Notes: a model not told the origin generated them from the letters alone. Shown: positions 9,459-21,317, counted from the first letter of the stretch. The stretch is 64,000 nt of DNA from an uncultured delta proteobacterium (GCA_963798485.1 CAWCTR010000018.1:1-64000); one strand, 5' to 3'. A program made the numbers and translations.

Positions 9459-9704
9459 ATGGAAGAGACGGATCTTAAGCTGATTCGCAAGCTCATCCCC
9501 AAAGACAAGGATCTCAAAGGTCTTTGGGATGAACATCAGGGGTATGAGGAAAAGCTTGAGCTGTTGAACAAGAGGAGATACCTGAGCACCGAAGAAGAAA
9601 TACGGCGCAAGGAAATCCAGAAGCTCAAGCTGCAAGGCAAGGACAAGATTGAGGAGATCCTCCGCAAATACCGGAACGAATCCGGCAGTGCGGCTAAGGA
9701 TTGA
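9459..9704 (+). CDS. DUF465/YdcH-family coiled-coil protein
   Basis: EH..YE.KL...KLKL.GKDKI pattern; ATG 9459 with GAGG SD; typical position upstream of ilvB. Confidence 0.75.
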   Translation: MEETDLKLIRKLIPKDKDLKGLWDEHQGYEEKLELLNKRRYLSTEEEIRRKEIQKLKLQGKDKIEEILRKYRNESGSAAKD

Positions 9705-9742
9705 GTTGAATTGAAGTCGAGAGGTGTCAGAACGGGTGAAAA

Positions 9743-11440
9743 GTGAAAAAGATTACGGGTGCATACGCATTTATTGAGGCCCTGCGGTGCGAAGGTGTCA
9801 AGCACGTCTTCGGTTATCCGGGAGGTGCGGTGCTGGATATATTTGATGCCATCATGGATGCGCCCGATATCCAGTTCATCCTGTCCAGGCACGAGCAGGG
9901 TGCGGTCCATGCTGCAGACGGATATGCCCGCGCCAGCGGCAAGGTGGGTGTGGTGCTGGTCACCTCGGGTCCCGGCGCCACGAACACGGTGACCGGCATC
10001 GCCACCGCATGCATGGACTCGATCCCTATCGTGGTTTTTTCCGGCCAGGTGTCTACAAATCTTATCGGCAATGACGCATTTCAGGAGGCGGATACCGTAG
10101 GCATAACACGCCCTTGCACCAAGCATAACTATCTGGTCAAGGACTGCGCCGATCTGCCCAGGGTCATCAAAGAGGCCTTCTACATCGCCGCTACCGGTAG
10201 GCCCGGCCCGGTCCTTGTCGACATCCCCAAGGATGTCATGAAAGGCCTCATCAACTTCAAATATCCCGACAAGGTCTCCCTGGAAGGGTACTGTCCCAAT
10301 TACCGGGGCCATCTTGGCCAGATCAAACGGATCATAGGCACAATTATAAAAAGCAGAAGGCCGGTTATCTATGCCGGCGGAGGCGTGGTAATCTCCAATG
10401 CCTCAGAGGAGCTCATCGCCCTTGCCAGGCAGCTCCGTATACCGGTAACCACCACGCTCATGGGGCTCGGTGCATTCCCTGCCGATGACCCGCTCTGGCT
10501 CGGCATGCTCGGCATGCACGGCACCTATGCGGCCAATATGGCAGTAACCGAGTCGGATTGCCTGATAGCTATAGGTGCACGTTTTGATGACCGCGTAACG
10601 GGCAAGGTGGATGAGTTCGCCCCCAAGGCCAAGATCATCCATATCGACATCGATCCCACCTCCATCAGTAAAAACGTCCGGGTGGACCTGCCCGTAGTGG
10701 GGGACTGCAAGTGCGTGCTGACCGACATGCTTGATGGAATCAAGGAGAAGATGCATGATGTCCATGAACTGACGGGCGGCATCGGACCCTGGCTTGACCA
10801 GATAAACCGATGGAAACGCGAGCAACCCCTGCGGTATGAGCAAGGTGATTCCCTGAAGCCCCAGTTCGTGATCGAGAAGATAAACGAGCTTGCCCCTGAT
10901 GACACCATTATCTCCACCGAGGTGGGCCAGAACCAGATGTGGACGGCCCAGTTCTTCAAGTTCAATCAGCCAAGACACTTTCTCACCTCCGGAGGGCTTG
11001 GCACCATGGGCTATGGCTTTCCTGCCGCCATCGGCGCCCAGGCGGCCTTTCCCGATCGTACCGTTATAGACATAGCAGGAGACGGCTCCATCCAGATGAA
11101 CATCCAGGAGCTTGCCACGGCAGTCCAGTACCGGCTGAACGTAAAGGTCATGATCCTCAACAACGGTTTCCTTGGTATGGTAAGACAATGGCAGGCGCTC
11201 TTTTACCGGGGCAGGTATTCTCATACCTCAATGGCCGTGTCTCCTGATTTCGTGAAGCTGGCCGAGGCCTATGGCGCATATGGAATACGTGTGGATAAAC
11301 CAACCGAAGTGGCCGATGCCATACGCAAGGCCCTTTCCATAAAAGGCCCTGTCTTTGTTGACTTCCGTGTGGAGCCCGAGGAGGATGTCTATCCGATGGT
11401 GCCGGCAGGAGCGCCTATAAACAACATGCTTCTGGTTTGA
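9743..11440 (+). CDS. ilvB: Acetolactate synthase large subunit
   Basis: [39 protein letters not shown] motif. Confidence 0.97.
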   Translation: MKKITGAYAFIEALRCEGVKHVFGYPGGAVLDIFDAIMDAPDIQFILSRHEQGAVHAADGYARASGKVGVVLVTSGPGATNTVTGIATACMDSIPIVVFSGQVSTNLIGNDAFQEADTVGITRPCTKHNYLVKDCADLPRVIKEAFYIAATGRPGPVLVDIPKDVMKGLINFKYPDKVSLEGYCPNYRGHLGQIKRIIGTIIKSRRPVIYAGGGVVISNASEELIALARQLRIPVTTTLMGLGAFPADDPLWLGMLGMHGTYAANMAVTESDCLIAIGARFDDRVTGKVDEFAPKAKIIHIDIDPTSISKNVRVDLPVVGDCKCVLTDMLDGIKEKMHDVHELTGGIGPWLDQINRWKREQPLRYEQGDSLKPQFVIEKINELAPDDTIISTEVGQNQMWTAQFFKFNQPRHFLTSGGLGTMGYGFPAAIGAQAAFPDRTVIDIAGDGSIQMNIQELATAVQYRLNVKVMILNNGFLGMVRQWQALFYRGRYSHTSMAVSPDFVKLAEAYGAYGIRVDKPTEVADAIRKALSIKGPVFVDFRVEPEEDVYPMVPAGAPINNMLLV

Positions 11441-11448
11441 GGTATCTT

Positions 11449-12963
<1,515 letters not shown>

Positions 12964-12964
12964 C

Positions 12965-13609
12965 ATGAACATCCGTAAGGAAGGGTTCCCGTTTATAGCA
13001 ATCGCCGCTGCCCTGTTCGTGCTGTTTTTCCTGACAGGCAGGCTTGTACTACGCATCTCGGGTCTCATCCCTGTGCTCTTCGTCACCTGGTTCTTCCGCG
13101 ACCCCGACCGGACAGTGCCGGAGGGCGATGGGCTCGTGGTCTCCCCTGCCGATGGAGAGGTAATCGATGTATATGAGACTGAAGAGGGCAAGGTGGGGCC
13201 GTGCACCAAGGTGGCGGTCTTCATGTCGGTATTCAGCGTGCATGTGAACCGCGCGCCGATATCCGGCACGGTCCTTGAGGTGCTCTACAAGCCGGGTACG
13301 TTCCATGTTGCCAGCCTAGGCAAAAAGACCGAGGCGAACGAACGGATGATCACCTATATCGGAAACGATGACGGCATATTCAGGGTTGACCAGGTGGCAG
13401 GGCTTGTCGCCCGCAGGATCATATGCTGGCTTACGCCCGGAGACAAGGTGATCCAGGGAGAGAAAATCGGGCTCATCAGGTTCGGGTCGCTCCTTGAATG
13501 TTATCTCCCAAAAGGATATACCGTAACCTGTGAGCGTGGGCAAATGGTACACGCCGGGAGTAGTGTGATCGGAAGGAGGACCCATGAGACCGCTGCGAAG
13601 AAGACGTGA
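12965..13609 (+). CDS. psd: Phosphatidylserine decarboxylase proenzyme
   Basis: FFRDPDR, SPADG, HVNRAP, IRFGS cleavage motif. Confidence 0.93.
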   Translation: MNIRKEGFPFIAIAAALFVLFFLTGRLVLRISGLIPVLFVTWFFRDPDRTVPEGDGLVVSPADGEVIDVYETEEGKVGPCTKVAVFMSVFSVHVNRAPISGTVLEVLYKPGTFHVASLGKKTEANERMITYIGNDDGIFRVDQVAGLVARRIICWLTPGDKVIQGEKIGLIRFGSLLECYLPKGYTVTCERGQMVHAGSSVIGRRTHETAAKKT

Positions 13610-14402
13610 AATAGTTGAGAAACGGAAGAGGTCGGTACCTTTTCTGCCGAATTTCATCACCACCATGAGCCTGTTCTGCGGCTTCTATTCCATCATGTTC
13701 TCTTTGAAGGCCGACTTTCATAAGGCAGCTATTTTTATACTCATAGCAGGCTTCATAGATGGGCTCGACGGGAGGGTGGCCCGTATGACGAACACCACCT
13801 CGGAGTTCGGCAAGCAGTATGATTCGCTTTCAGACCTGGTAGCCTTCGGCGTAGCGCCTGCCATGATGGTCTATCTCTGGCAACTCAACACCTTCGGCAG
13901 GCTGGGCTTCATCGCAACCTTCCTTTTTGTGGCCTGCGGGGCGTTGCGCCTGGCAAGGTTCAATGTGGATACATCAGGTTCCATGACGCACTTTACCGGG
14001 CTTCCCATCCCCGTGGCCGCGGCAGGGGTGACCACCACCTACCTGCTCACCGAGGAGATCGCCTCGATGATGGGGCCCACGACCATACTGGCGCCGATAG
14101 CGATCCTCATGGGTGTATACGTCCTGTCTTTTCTTATGGTGAGCAACATCGGCTACCCGAGCTTCAAGCATATCAACTACATCAAGGCGCATCCGTTCCA
14201 GCTCCTGGTGGCAGGTGTCCTGCTGCTCGTGGTTGTAGCGCTGAAACCTGAGATTATGCTCTTCGCCCTGGCCATGACATTCATCGTGGGAGGGGCGCTC
14301 TGGAGCGGCTTGATGCATATGATTCAGGCCAGAAGAGAGAAGAAAGGGGTAATAAAGGAAGATACCCATGAAGGCGTCGCAGGACAGGATAATCATATTT
14401 GA
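13584..14402 (+). CDS. pssA: CDP-diacylglycerol--serine O-phosphatidyltransferase
   Basis: DGLDGRVAR..SEFGKQYDSLSDLVAFG, ALRLARFN, FTGLP. Confidence 0.94.
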   Translation: MRPLRRRREIVEKRKRSVPFLPNFITTMSLFCGFYSIMFSLKADFHKAAIFILIAGFIDGLDGRVARMTNTTSEFGKQYDSLSDLVAFGVAPAMMVYLWQLNTFGRLGFIATFLFVACGALRLARFNVDTSGSMTHFTGLPIPVAAAGVTTTYLLTEEIASMMGPTTILAPIAILMGVYVLSFLMVSNIGYPSFKHINYIKAHPFQLLVAGVLLLVVVALKPEIMLFALAMTFIVGGALWSGLMHMIQARREKKGVIKEDTHEGVAGQDNHI

Positions 14403-14418
14403 CACAACGAGGAGATAG
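14368..14418 (+). pseudogene. leuA: 16-codon relic of 2-isopropylmalate synthase (MKASQDRIIIFDTTRR*)
   Basis: RIIIFDTT matches the LeuA N-terminal signature (I.IFDTTLRDGEQ); AAGGAAG SD; lies in the expected leuA slot between pssA and leuC. Confidence 0.8.
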
Positions 14419-14423
14419 TGCCC

Positions 14424-15689
14424 GTGGGAATGACTATTGCCGAGAAGATCCTGGCTGCACATTCGCAAACTTCAGCATTTCAGCCCGGAGACATTATCAA
14501 GGTGAACGTCGACGTGGCGCTGGCCAACGATATCACCGCACCCATAGCCATCCAGGCCGTAAAGGAAAGCGGTGTTGAAAAGATTGCGCACGCCGATAAG
14601 GTCGTGTTCGTTCTCGATCACTTCACGCCCAACAAGGACATTGCCTCTGCCAACCAGTGCAAGTATGTGCGCGATTTTGCACACCAGCAGTCAATCGATA
14701 AATTCTTCGACGGCGGCGAGGCAGGGGTGGAGCATGCCCTGCTTCCGGAGAAAGGGCTCGTGCTGCCCGGCGACCTCATCATCGGGGCTGACAGCCACAC
14801 CTGTACCTACGGCGCCCTGGGCGCATTTGCAACGGGTGTGGGCAGCACGGACCTTGCTGGTGCCATGATAACGGGCCAGGCATGGATGAAGGTGCCCCGC
14901 ACCATGAAGTTCGTCTTCAACGGGACACTTCAGCCATGGGTGGGAGGCAAGGACCTTATTCTTTATCTCATCGGCAAGATCGGGGTGGACGGGGCCCTGT
15001 ACAAGGTCATGGAGATGGAAGGCCCGGCCATATCGGCGCTTGAGCTCTCCGACCGTTTGAGCATGTCCAACATGGCCATCGAGGCAGGGGCCAAGGCAGG
15101 CATCATCGCTGCGGATGAAAAGACGATAAGCTACGTTAAAACACGCGCTACCAGGCCGTATACCATTTTTACGAGCGACAAGGATGCGGTTTATGATTCA
15201 GTCACCACCTTTAACTGCGCCGACATCGAACTCCAGGTGGCCTTCCCCCATTTGCCCGAAAATGCAAGGGGCGTCAGCGAGGCAGGGGAGGTGAGGATTG
15301 ACCAGGTGGTTATCGGTTCATGCACCAACGGACGCATTGAAGACCTGCGCCTTGCTGCAAAGATCATGAAGGGCAATAAGGTGGCAAAGGGCCTGCGCTG
15401 CCTGATCCTGCCGGCAACGCCCGAGGTATACGGCCGGGCCTTGGCAGAAGGCCTCATCGACATCTTCCTTAAGGCCGGATCGATCATCGGCCCGCCCACG
15501 TGCGGCCCGTGCCTGGGCGGCCATATGGGCATCCTTGCCAAGGGCGAAAAGGCCCTGGCCACCACGAACCGGAATTTCGTGGGGAGGATGGGAGACCCGG
15601 CGAGCGAGGTCTACCTCTGCGGGCCTGCCGTGGCGGCGGCTTCAGCCGTAACCGGCAAGATATCCGCGCCCCGGGAGGTGGTGAAATGA
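14424..15689 (+). CDS. leuC: 3-isopropylmalate dehydratase large subunit
   Basis: GADSHTCTYGA, IGSCTNGR, CGPCLGGH, TTNRNF. Confidence 0.95.
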   Translation: MGMTIAEKILAAHSQTSAFQPGDIIKVNVDVALANDITAPIAIQAVKESGVEKIAHADKVVFVLDHFTPNKDIASANQCKYVRDFAHQQSIDKFFDGGEAGVEHALLPEKGLVLPGDLIIGADSHTCTYGALGAFATGVGSTDLAGAMITGQAWMKVPRTMKFVFNGTLQPWVGGKDLILYLIGKIGVDGALYKVMEMEGPAISALELSDRLSMSNMAIEAGAKAGIIAADEKTISYVKTRATRPYTIFTSDKDAVYDSVTTFNCADIELQVAFPHLPENARGVSEAGEVRIDQVVIGSCTNGRIEDLRLAAKIMKGNKVAKGLRCLILPATPEVYGRALAEGLIDIFLKAGSIIGPPTCGPCLGGHMGILAKGEKALATTNRNFVGRMGDPASEVYLCGPAVAAASAVTGKISAPREVVK

Positions 15690-16180
15690 ATTTTAAAGGA
15701 AGGGCCTTCAAATTCGGCAACGACGTGGACACCGATGCCATCATCCCGGCCAGGTACCTGAGCACCTCGGACCCTGAGGTATTGAAAAAGCACTGCATGG
15801 AAGATGCCGACCCCGAGTTTCCGGGCAAGGTGAAAAAGGGCGACATCATCGTTGCAGGCAAGAACTTCGGGTGCGGGTCATCCCGAGAGCATGCGCCCAT
15901 AGCAATCAAGGCGTGCGGGGTCAGCTGCGTAATAGCGCCCAGCTTTGCCCGAATCTTTTTCCGCAACAGCTTCAACATGGGGCTCCCCATCTTTGAATCG
16001 GACGAGGGGGCGGCCGCCATTGCCGATGGCGATATGGTGGAGATAGACGCAGACAGCGGCCTCATCAGGGATCTCACAACCGGCAGACAATTCCAGGCCC
16101 GTCCCATACCTTTATTCATGCAGGAGCTCATTAAAGACGGCGGGCTGATGGAACATATCAGGAAGGGTGGGGGAATCTAG
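15686..16180 (+). CDS. leuD: 3-isopropylmalate dehydratase small subunit
   Basis: DTDAIIPARYL, NFGCGSSREHA, FARIFFRN; ATG 15686 overlaps the leuC stop. Confidence 0.95.
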   Translation: MNFKGRAFKFGNDVDTDAIIPARYLSTSDPEVLKKHCMEDADPEFPGKVKKGDIIVAGKNFGCGSSREHAPIAIKACGVSCVIAPSFARIFFRNSFNMGLPIFESDEGAAAIADGDMVEIDADSGLIRDLTTGRQFQARPIPLFMQELIKDGGLMEHIRKGGGI

Positions 16181-16239
16181 CGACTTGTACGGGTTCGCCG
16201 CACTGCTGCCATAGAGCCCTTCTCTCTATTCACCCACCT

Positions 16240-16437
16240 GTAGGAGCGGCTTCAGCCGCGAAGTCGGTGAGATGATAAAGGATGTATCGATCTGGTGGTT
16301 AATTTTTATCAGAACGCAATGCAGTCAGCAGCAGTAGGTTGGGTTAAGGAACGAAACCCAACACATCAAGATCTGAATATTTGAAAGGATTGTATCTTCA
16401 GTCTTGTTGTTGGGTTTCACAAGTTCAACCCAACTAC
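16240..16437. repeat. Cluster of GTAG-type REP-like palindromes
   Basis: GTAGGAGCGGCTTCAGCCGCGAA (16240-16262); GTAGGTTGGGTT..AAACCCAACA (16334-16363) and its inverted relative at 16408-16437. Confidence 0.7.
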
Positions 16438-16503
16438 TTGCTACTTGCTAAGGCTGAAGGCCTTGCAGCGTATTATGCACCTTTTATCTCACACATGAAA
16501 TGA

Positions 16504-18367
16504 ATGAATAAACAACTTATTAATCAAATGACCTCTTTGGAGGCGTTAGTCTTCAACGAAACGACGGATAATCGTCAAGAACATCTTGAGGAGGCGAAGA
16601 AGATTTGCGCCGATATTTTGCACGAAAATCCTGCGAATCCCTGTCTTAATTTGCATGCGAGGCATCATCGACTTTCATCTGGGACAGACGAAAGAGGCAG
16701 AGGCTTGGATGGAAAAAGCCTTGATCCTTGCGCCTCAATCAACCGAGATCATCTATAACTATGCCATGATACTGATGGCCCAGAAGAAGTTTGCCGTCGC
16801 TTTACCTCTCATGATGCGTGTTGTCGCTCTTAAGCCGGATCATGCCAAAGCCTATTGGCATATCGGTAACACTTTAAGGAAAACCGGTGAGTTGGCGGGC
16901 GCTTTGGCGGCTTTCAACAAAGCGATGGAAATTAATCCGCAAGAGGTTGAGGCTTTGAACGATATGGGTAATACGCTGGCTGAGGCCTTGAACAATAAGG
17001 GAACTATGCTGAATGAAATAGGCCGTCTGCCCGAAGCGGCCACTTGCTACGAACAGGCTTTGACCCTCAAGCCGAATCATCATGGGTTCATCAATAATCT
17101 CGGCGTTATCCATTTTTTGCAAAACAATCTGGACACCGCCGCGGCTTTATATCAGGCGGCTCTCACCATTCACACAGCGTATCCTGAAGCTCTCAGTAAT
17201 CTGGGCGCGATCCGGCGATTAAAAGGTGATCTTGATGGGGCGATCCTTCATTGCCAGAAAGCCTTGGCCTTACGTCCGGATTATCCGGATGCTCTCAACA
17301 ACCTCGGCAACGCATTGAAAGATGCCAGACGTTTTGAGGAAGCTATTGTAGCTTATAAAGAGGCTTTATGCCTCGAACCGGACAATGCCGAGGTTCACAT
17401 GAATCTGGCGGCGGCCTTGTTGGCTTTGGGGCGCTTCGACGAAGGATGGCGTGAGTATGAATGGCGCTGGAAAACGAAGCAACAAAGTTATGCCTTCCGG
17501 GGTTTTACCCAGCCTGAGTGGCAAGGCGAAGCCGGCGAAGGGCGAACCCTTCTGATTCACGCCGAGCAGGGATTCGGTGACACCTTGCAATTCTGCCGCT
17601 ATGTGCCTCTCGTCAAAGAGCGTGGTTTCAATGTAGTGATGGAGGTGCCGTTGCCGTTGAAGCGGATCATTCAATCTTTGGATGGTGTCGAAAAGGTTGT
17701 GACCACAGGCGATGTCATTCCACCTTTCGATCTTCATTGTCCAATGATGCACCTGCCCTTGGCATTTCATACAACCCTCGAAACGATACCGGCCAAGCTT
17801 CCCTATCTGAGACCCGACCCAGCCGATTTGATCAAATGGCGGGATCGAGTTGCAGCCTTGGCGAACGATGCTTTGAACGTCGGAATCGTATGGGCGGGAA
17901 GTTCGCGCGCCCATATGCACTCGCCCGATATTATCGCGACGGACCAGAAAAGATCGGTTGCACCAGAGGTTCTGGCTCCTTTGATGGACGTGCCGAACGT
18001 GCAATTCTTCTCCCTTCAGAAAGAAGGATCGCGAGCCCCCGACGCCTTTCATCTGATTGATTGGATGTCAGACTGCCACGATTTTGCCGATACGGCAGCG
18101 CTCATTATGAATCTGGATCTTGTTATCAGCGTCGACACGGCCGTCGCTCATTTGGCGGGGGCCTTGGGTAAGCCGGTGTGGCTCTTGAACCGGTTCAACA
18201 GCTGTTGGCGCTGGTTCATCGAACGCGACGACAGTCCATGGTATCCCGGTACACTCCGTCTTTTCTATCAGAAAGAAATAGGCAATTGGGATGAAGTCGT
18301 AACGCGCGTCCGTGCCGCCTTAGAAGAAAGTTGGGATTTCCTCACTCCCGGTAAGAGAATCCTATAA
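16504..18367 (+). CDS. TPR-repeat protein with C-terminal glycosyltransferase (GT9-like) domain; +1 frameshift near 16653
   Basis: Multiple TPRs, EGWREYEWRW, EQGFGDTLQFCRY, DLVISVDTAVAHLAGALG, WRW..DSPWYP; the N-terminus is split across two frames. Confidence 0.85.
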
Positions 18368-18512
18368 AAATCTATAAGATCTTAACGCATCAGTTATGCT
18401 ATAAGGCCAATCTTGGATGATCATAGAGATTACGCCGGTTATTTCAAAGCAATTAGCCTTCTGAACCAAGTCCAGGCCGTATCAACTGCGAAAAAAACGA
18501 GCGTTCCAGCCC

Positions 18513-19568
18513 TCACATGAAATTGGACAGCTTGAACATGACCAGGAAGGGTATGGTAGGGAGTTTTTCCTTATGCGCCCCGAATACCTTCCTTTCAGTG
18601 CCGCCGAACCGTGATTTGGTAAAATACAGCCCCTTGAAACTGAATATCCAATTGCCATAGTTGTACAAGAGGCGATTGACCTTTTTTTGTATACCCGATT
18701 CGTAGGGCATGTCCTCATCTTCAATCACCAGGGGGCATAGGCCGAGGTTGATATGCTCTATGCCTTCGAGCTTGAATACCTCCATGGCGTGGTTCATGAG
18801 GGGGTAGAAGATGCCCGATTTAAACTTGTTGGAAAAGCGCGATATGTTGGGCACATAGCCGGTTATCCGGTTATCGGAATAGATGGGATCGAAAAAGACG
18901 AATCCGATGAGTTCGCCATCCAGATACGCATAGAATTTTCTCGTCCCCTCTTCGTATTCCATTTCCATGGGTCTTATCAGGAACCCGATCTCGCGGTTTC
19001 TGACCTTGCGCGTCTTCAACCATTCGCCCGTGAGCTGCCGGCATCCATTGCTGGTGCAGTCTTCGGTGAAGACAACACCCTCTTTCCTGGCATGGTTTAC
19101 CGATGTCCTGACGATCTGCTTCTTCTTGCCTTTCAGGTCCCATTTTTGGAGATCAAGCAGGATCTCGATCCCGAACTGGGTGGCATAATAGCCGAATCTA
19201 TCGTGGAGCAGCACTGCCGTGTCCTCGGAGATCTGCACAAAGGTTGTATGCGTGCCGTCTTTGAGAAATTCCCTGAGCAGCACATCGCGGTCTGACTTAT
19301 CACACACCGGATCAGCAAGGGATAAGCGGTTGCCCCATTTCTGCCTGAAGGCCATAAAGCCTATGCCGGGGACGTCGAAGTAGTGCATCTCAGGCTGGAG
19401 GATTGAAAAGGACATACAATGGCTCCCATACTTCCTGAGGTATGAAAGCCGTTCTTCAAGGGTAAAGAGATCGACCTGCCCAGTGATCCTCCACCGGTAG
19501 AGGTCTATGGGAACAACCTTGGCCGCCGCAATATCTGCACGTGGTTTAGTCTGTGCCAGAGTATTCAC
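18513..19568 (-). CDS. Stand-alone DUF2156 / MprF-synthase-like (aminoacyl-tRNA-dependent transferase) domain protein
   Basis: LADPVC, FGIE..LDL..WDLKGKKKQIVRTSVNHARKEG, LIGFVFFDP, INLGLCPL, FSFKGLYFTKSRF; no transmembrane flippase region. Confidence 0.8.
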   Translation of the reverse strand: MNTLAQTKPRADIAAAKVVPIDLYRWRITGQVDLFTLEERLSYLRKYGSHCMSFSILQPEMHYFDVPGIGFMAFRQKWGNRLSLADPVCDKSDRDVLLREFLKDGTHTTFVQISEDTAVLLHDRFGYYATQFGIEILLDLQKWDLKGKKKQIVRTSVNHARKEGVVFTEDCTSNGCRQLTGEWLKTRKVRNREIGFLIRPMEMEYEEGTRKFYAYLDGELIGFVFFDPIYSDNRITGYVPNISRFSNKFKSGIFYPLMNHAMEVFKLEGIEHINLGLCPLVIEDEDMPYESGIQKKVNRLLYNYGNWIFSFKGLYFTKSRFGGTERKVFGAHKEKLPTIPFLVMFKLSNFM

Positions 19569-19619
19569 GTATGCACATCTCCTTCCTGATTTTTCTTATC
19601 TCTATCTCCTGGCGATCTC

Positions 19620-21227
19620 CTAGCGGTTTTTCCCCAAGCGCTCATGACTCGTGACCCAGTCCAGCGACGCGATGGCACCGGCAAGGGAGATCTCACCGGC
19701 CGTTGCCGCAGCGGTGACGATCTCTGCAAATTTCAAGACCTTGCCCTGGCCGTAACAGTCAAGTGATTCCAGGCATTCACGCTGGGTGGGCAGCCCTGTA
19801 CCGCCGCCATACGTTGCCACTATCAGAGAGGTGAGTGTCAGCGATCCATACAGGTCGCCTTCCGGTGTGATCTCGGTGCACACCATGCCGGCAGACGACT
19901 CGGACACGTTTGCCACGTCCTGGCCCGTCGCCATGAAGATAGCGGCCAGGGCATTGGCTGCATGGAGGCCGTTACTCGAAGCCCCTGCCATAAAGGCCCC
20001 GATCTGGCACGCCCTGCAGAGGTAATCCAGCGTAACAGGGTCAACCCTCATGTGCTGGATCATTATCTCTTTCGGGATGAGGATCTCACCGATAACCCTC
20101 TTGCCGCGGGTAATCAGGTTGTTGATGAAGGATGCCTTCTTGTCCGTGGAGATGTTTCCGTCCAGATAGAAGTGGCGGACCGTATTCACTTGGGAGAGGA
20201 TCCAGTTGCATGCCGTGTACGTACACATGCTCACCATGTTCTGCCCGGCGGCATCGCCGGTGAAGTAGTTGAATCTTACGTATACAAGCCTGCTGGCGAT
20301 ATACTTCTCTATGGTAAGGAGCTTTGCAACCTTTGAGGCTGACTCGGCATGCCTTCTGATCTCATCCATATGCTCATCGATCCACAGCATGAAGTCCCGG
20401 CCTTCCCGTGCCGAATCGAAGGCGAATGCCGGAGAGCGCTGCATGTGATCCTCAACCACGGTAACCTTGACGCCCCCGCACATATTGATGAGTTTCATCC
20501 CCCTGTTATAAGATGCCACCAGGGTCCCTTCGCTGGTGCACATGGGGATGAAGAACTCACCCTTGGCGTGCTCGCCATTGACCTTGAGCGGTCCGGCAAA
20601 CCCCAGCGGGATCTGCGCCACGCCGGTGAAATTCTCGATATTTCCCTTTGTGACGATGGGGTCAAAGGAATGCTGCTTTACATGATGGAAATGGGTTCCG
20701 GTATATTCTTCCATGAAATCCTGCCGCTGCCGGACAATACCCATGTCGTAGTTGTTCAGCTTGTCATACGGCATCTTCTTGAGGATTTCTCTGGTCTCGA
20801 TCACCGAGTCCAAGGCCTCCAGATCCAGTAATCCATAAAGATCCGTGTGGCAGGAGATGGTGATTACGTGCTCGGTGTTCTTTGCCAGCGCCGCCAGCCG
20901 CACATGGAATTCAACATCCTGGCCCATGGGGAAAGGAAGAGGGTGGTCCGGGCTTATCAGGGCGGCCTCGAGGCAGGTTCCACCGCTCTTCATGGACACG
21001 TTATCCAGTGCGATTTCACATCCGTTGATGGAGATGCCGGCAAGATTGGTGATCAAGGCATCCTTCATGGGGTTTTTCATGGAGAAAGATACACCGTCTT
21101 CAATGTTTTTCAGGGTCCCGATAGAATAGATCTTCTTCATGATGATCGGGGGTATGGCAACATGGCCCTTGTTTTCTTGAGTCTTACGGATCAGCACAAG
21201 CCCCGGCTCTTTCGTTGTATTGCCCAT
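19620..21227 (-). CDS. hmgA: Class I HMG-CoA reductase (NADPH-type) with ~140-aa extra N-terminal domain
   Basis: ENFTG..IPLGFAGPL, PMCTSEGTLVAS..RG, GDAAGQNM, TDKK, GQDVAN, TYGGGT, C-terminal catalytic His (SHERLG). Confidence 0.88.
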   Translation of the reverse strand: MGNTTKEPGLVLIRKTQENKGHVAIPPIIMKKIYSIGTLKNIEDGVSFSMKNPMKDALITNLAGISINGCEIALDNVSMKSGGTCLEAALISPDHPLPFPMGQDVEFHVRLAALAKNTEHVITISCHTDLYGLLDLEALDSVIETREILKKMPYDKLNNYDMGIVRQRQDFMEEYTGTHFHHVKQHSFDPIVTKGNIENFTGVAQIPLGFAGPLKVNGEHAKGEFFIPMCTSEGTLVASYNRGMKLINMCGGVKVTVVEDHMQRSPAFAFDSAREGRDFMLWIDEHMDEIRRHAESASKVAKLLTIEKYIASRLVYVRFNYFTGDAAGQNMVSMCTYTACNWILSQVNTVRHFYLDGNISTDKKASFINNLITRGKRVIGEILIPKEIMIQHMRVDPVTLDYLCRACQIGAFMAGASSNGLHAANALAAIFMATGQDVANVSESSAGMVCTEITPEGDLYGSLTLTSLIVATYGGGTGLPTQRECLESLDCYGQGKVLKFAEIVTAAATAGEISLAGAIASLDWVTSHERLGKNR

Positions 21228-21317
21228 TCGATTTTCCCTCTCGTTGAATTTTGAGATTTCATCCCAGCCAATAATTATTCGTTTTCAGATAGAGATAATG
21301 CCGAACATATTCTTTAA

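Noticed and set aside
16240-16437. Possible CRISPR array
   Set aside because: The repeats are few, non-identical and inverted, with no regular spacers; they are REP-like
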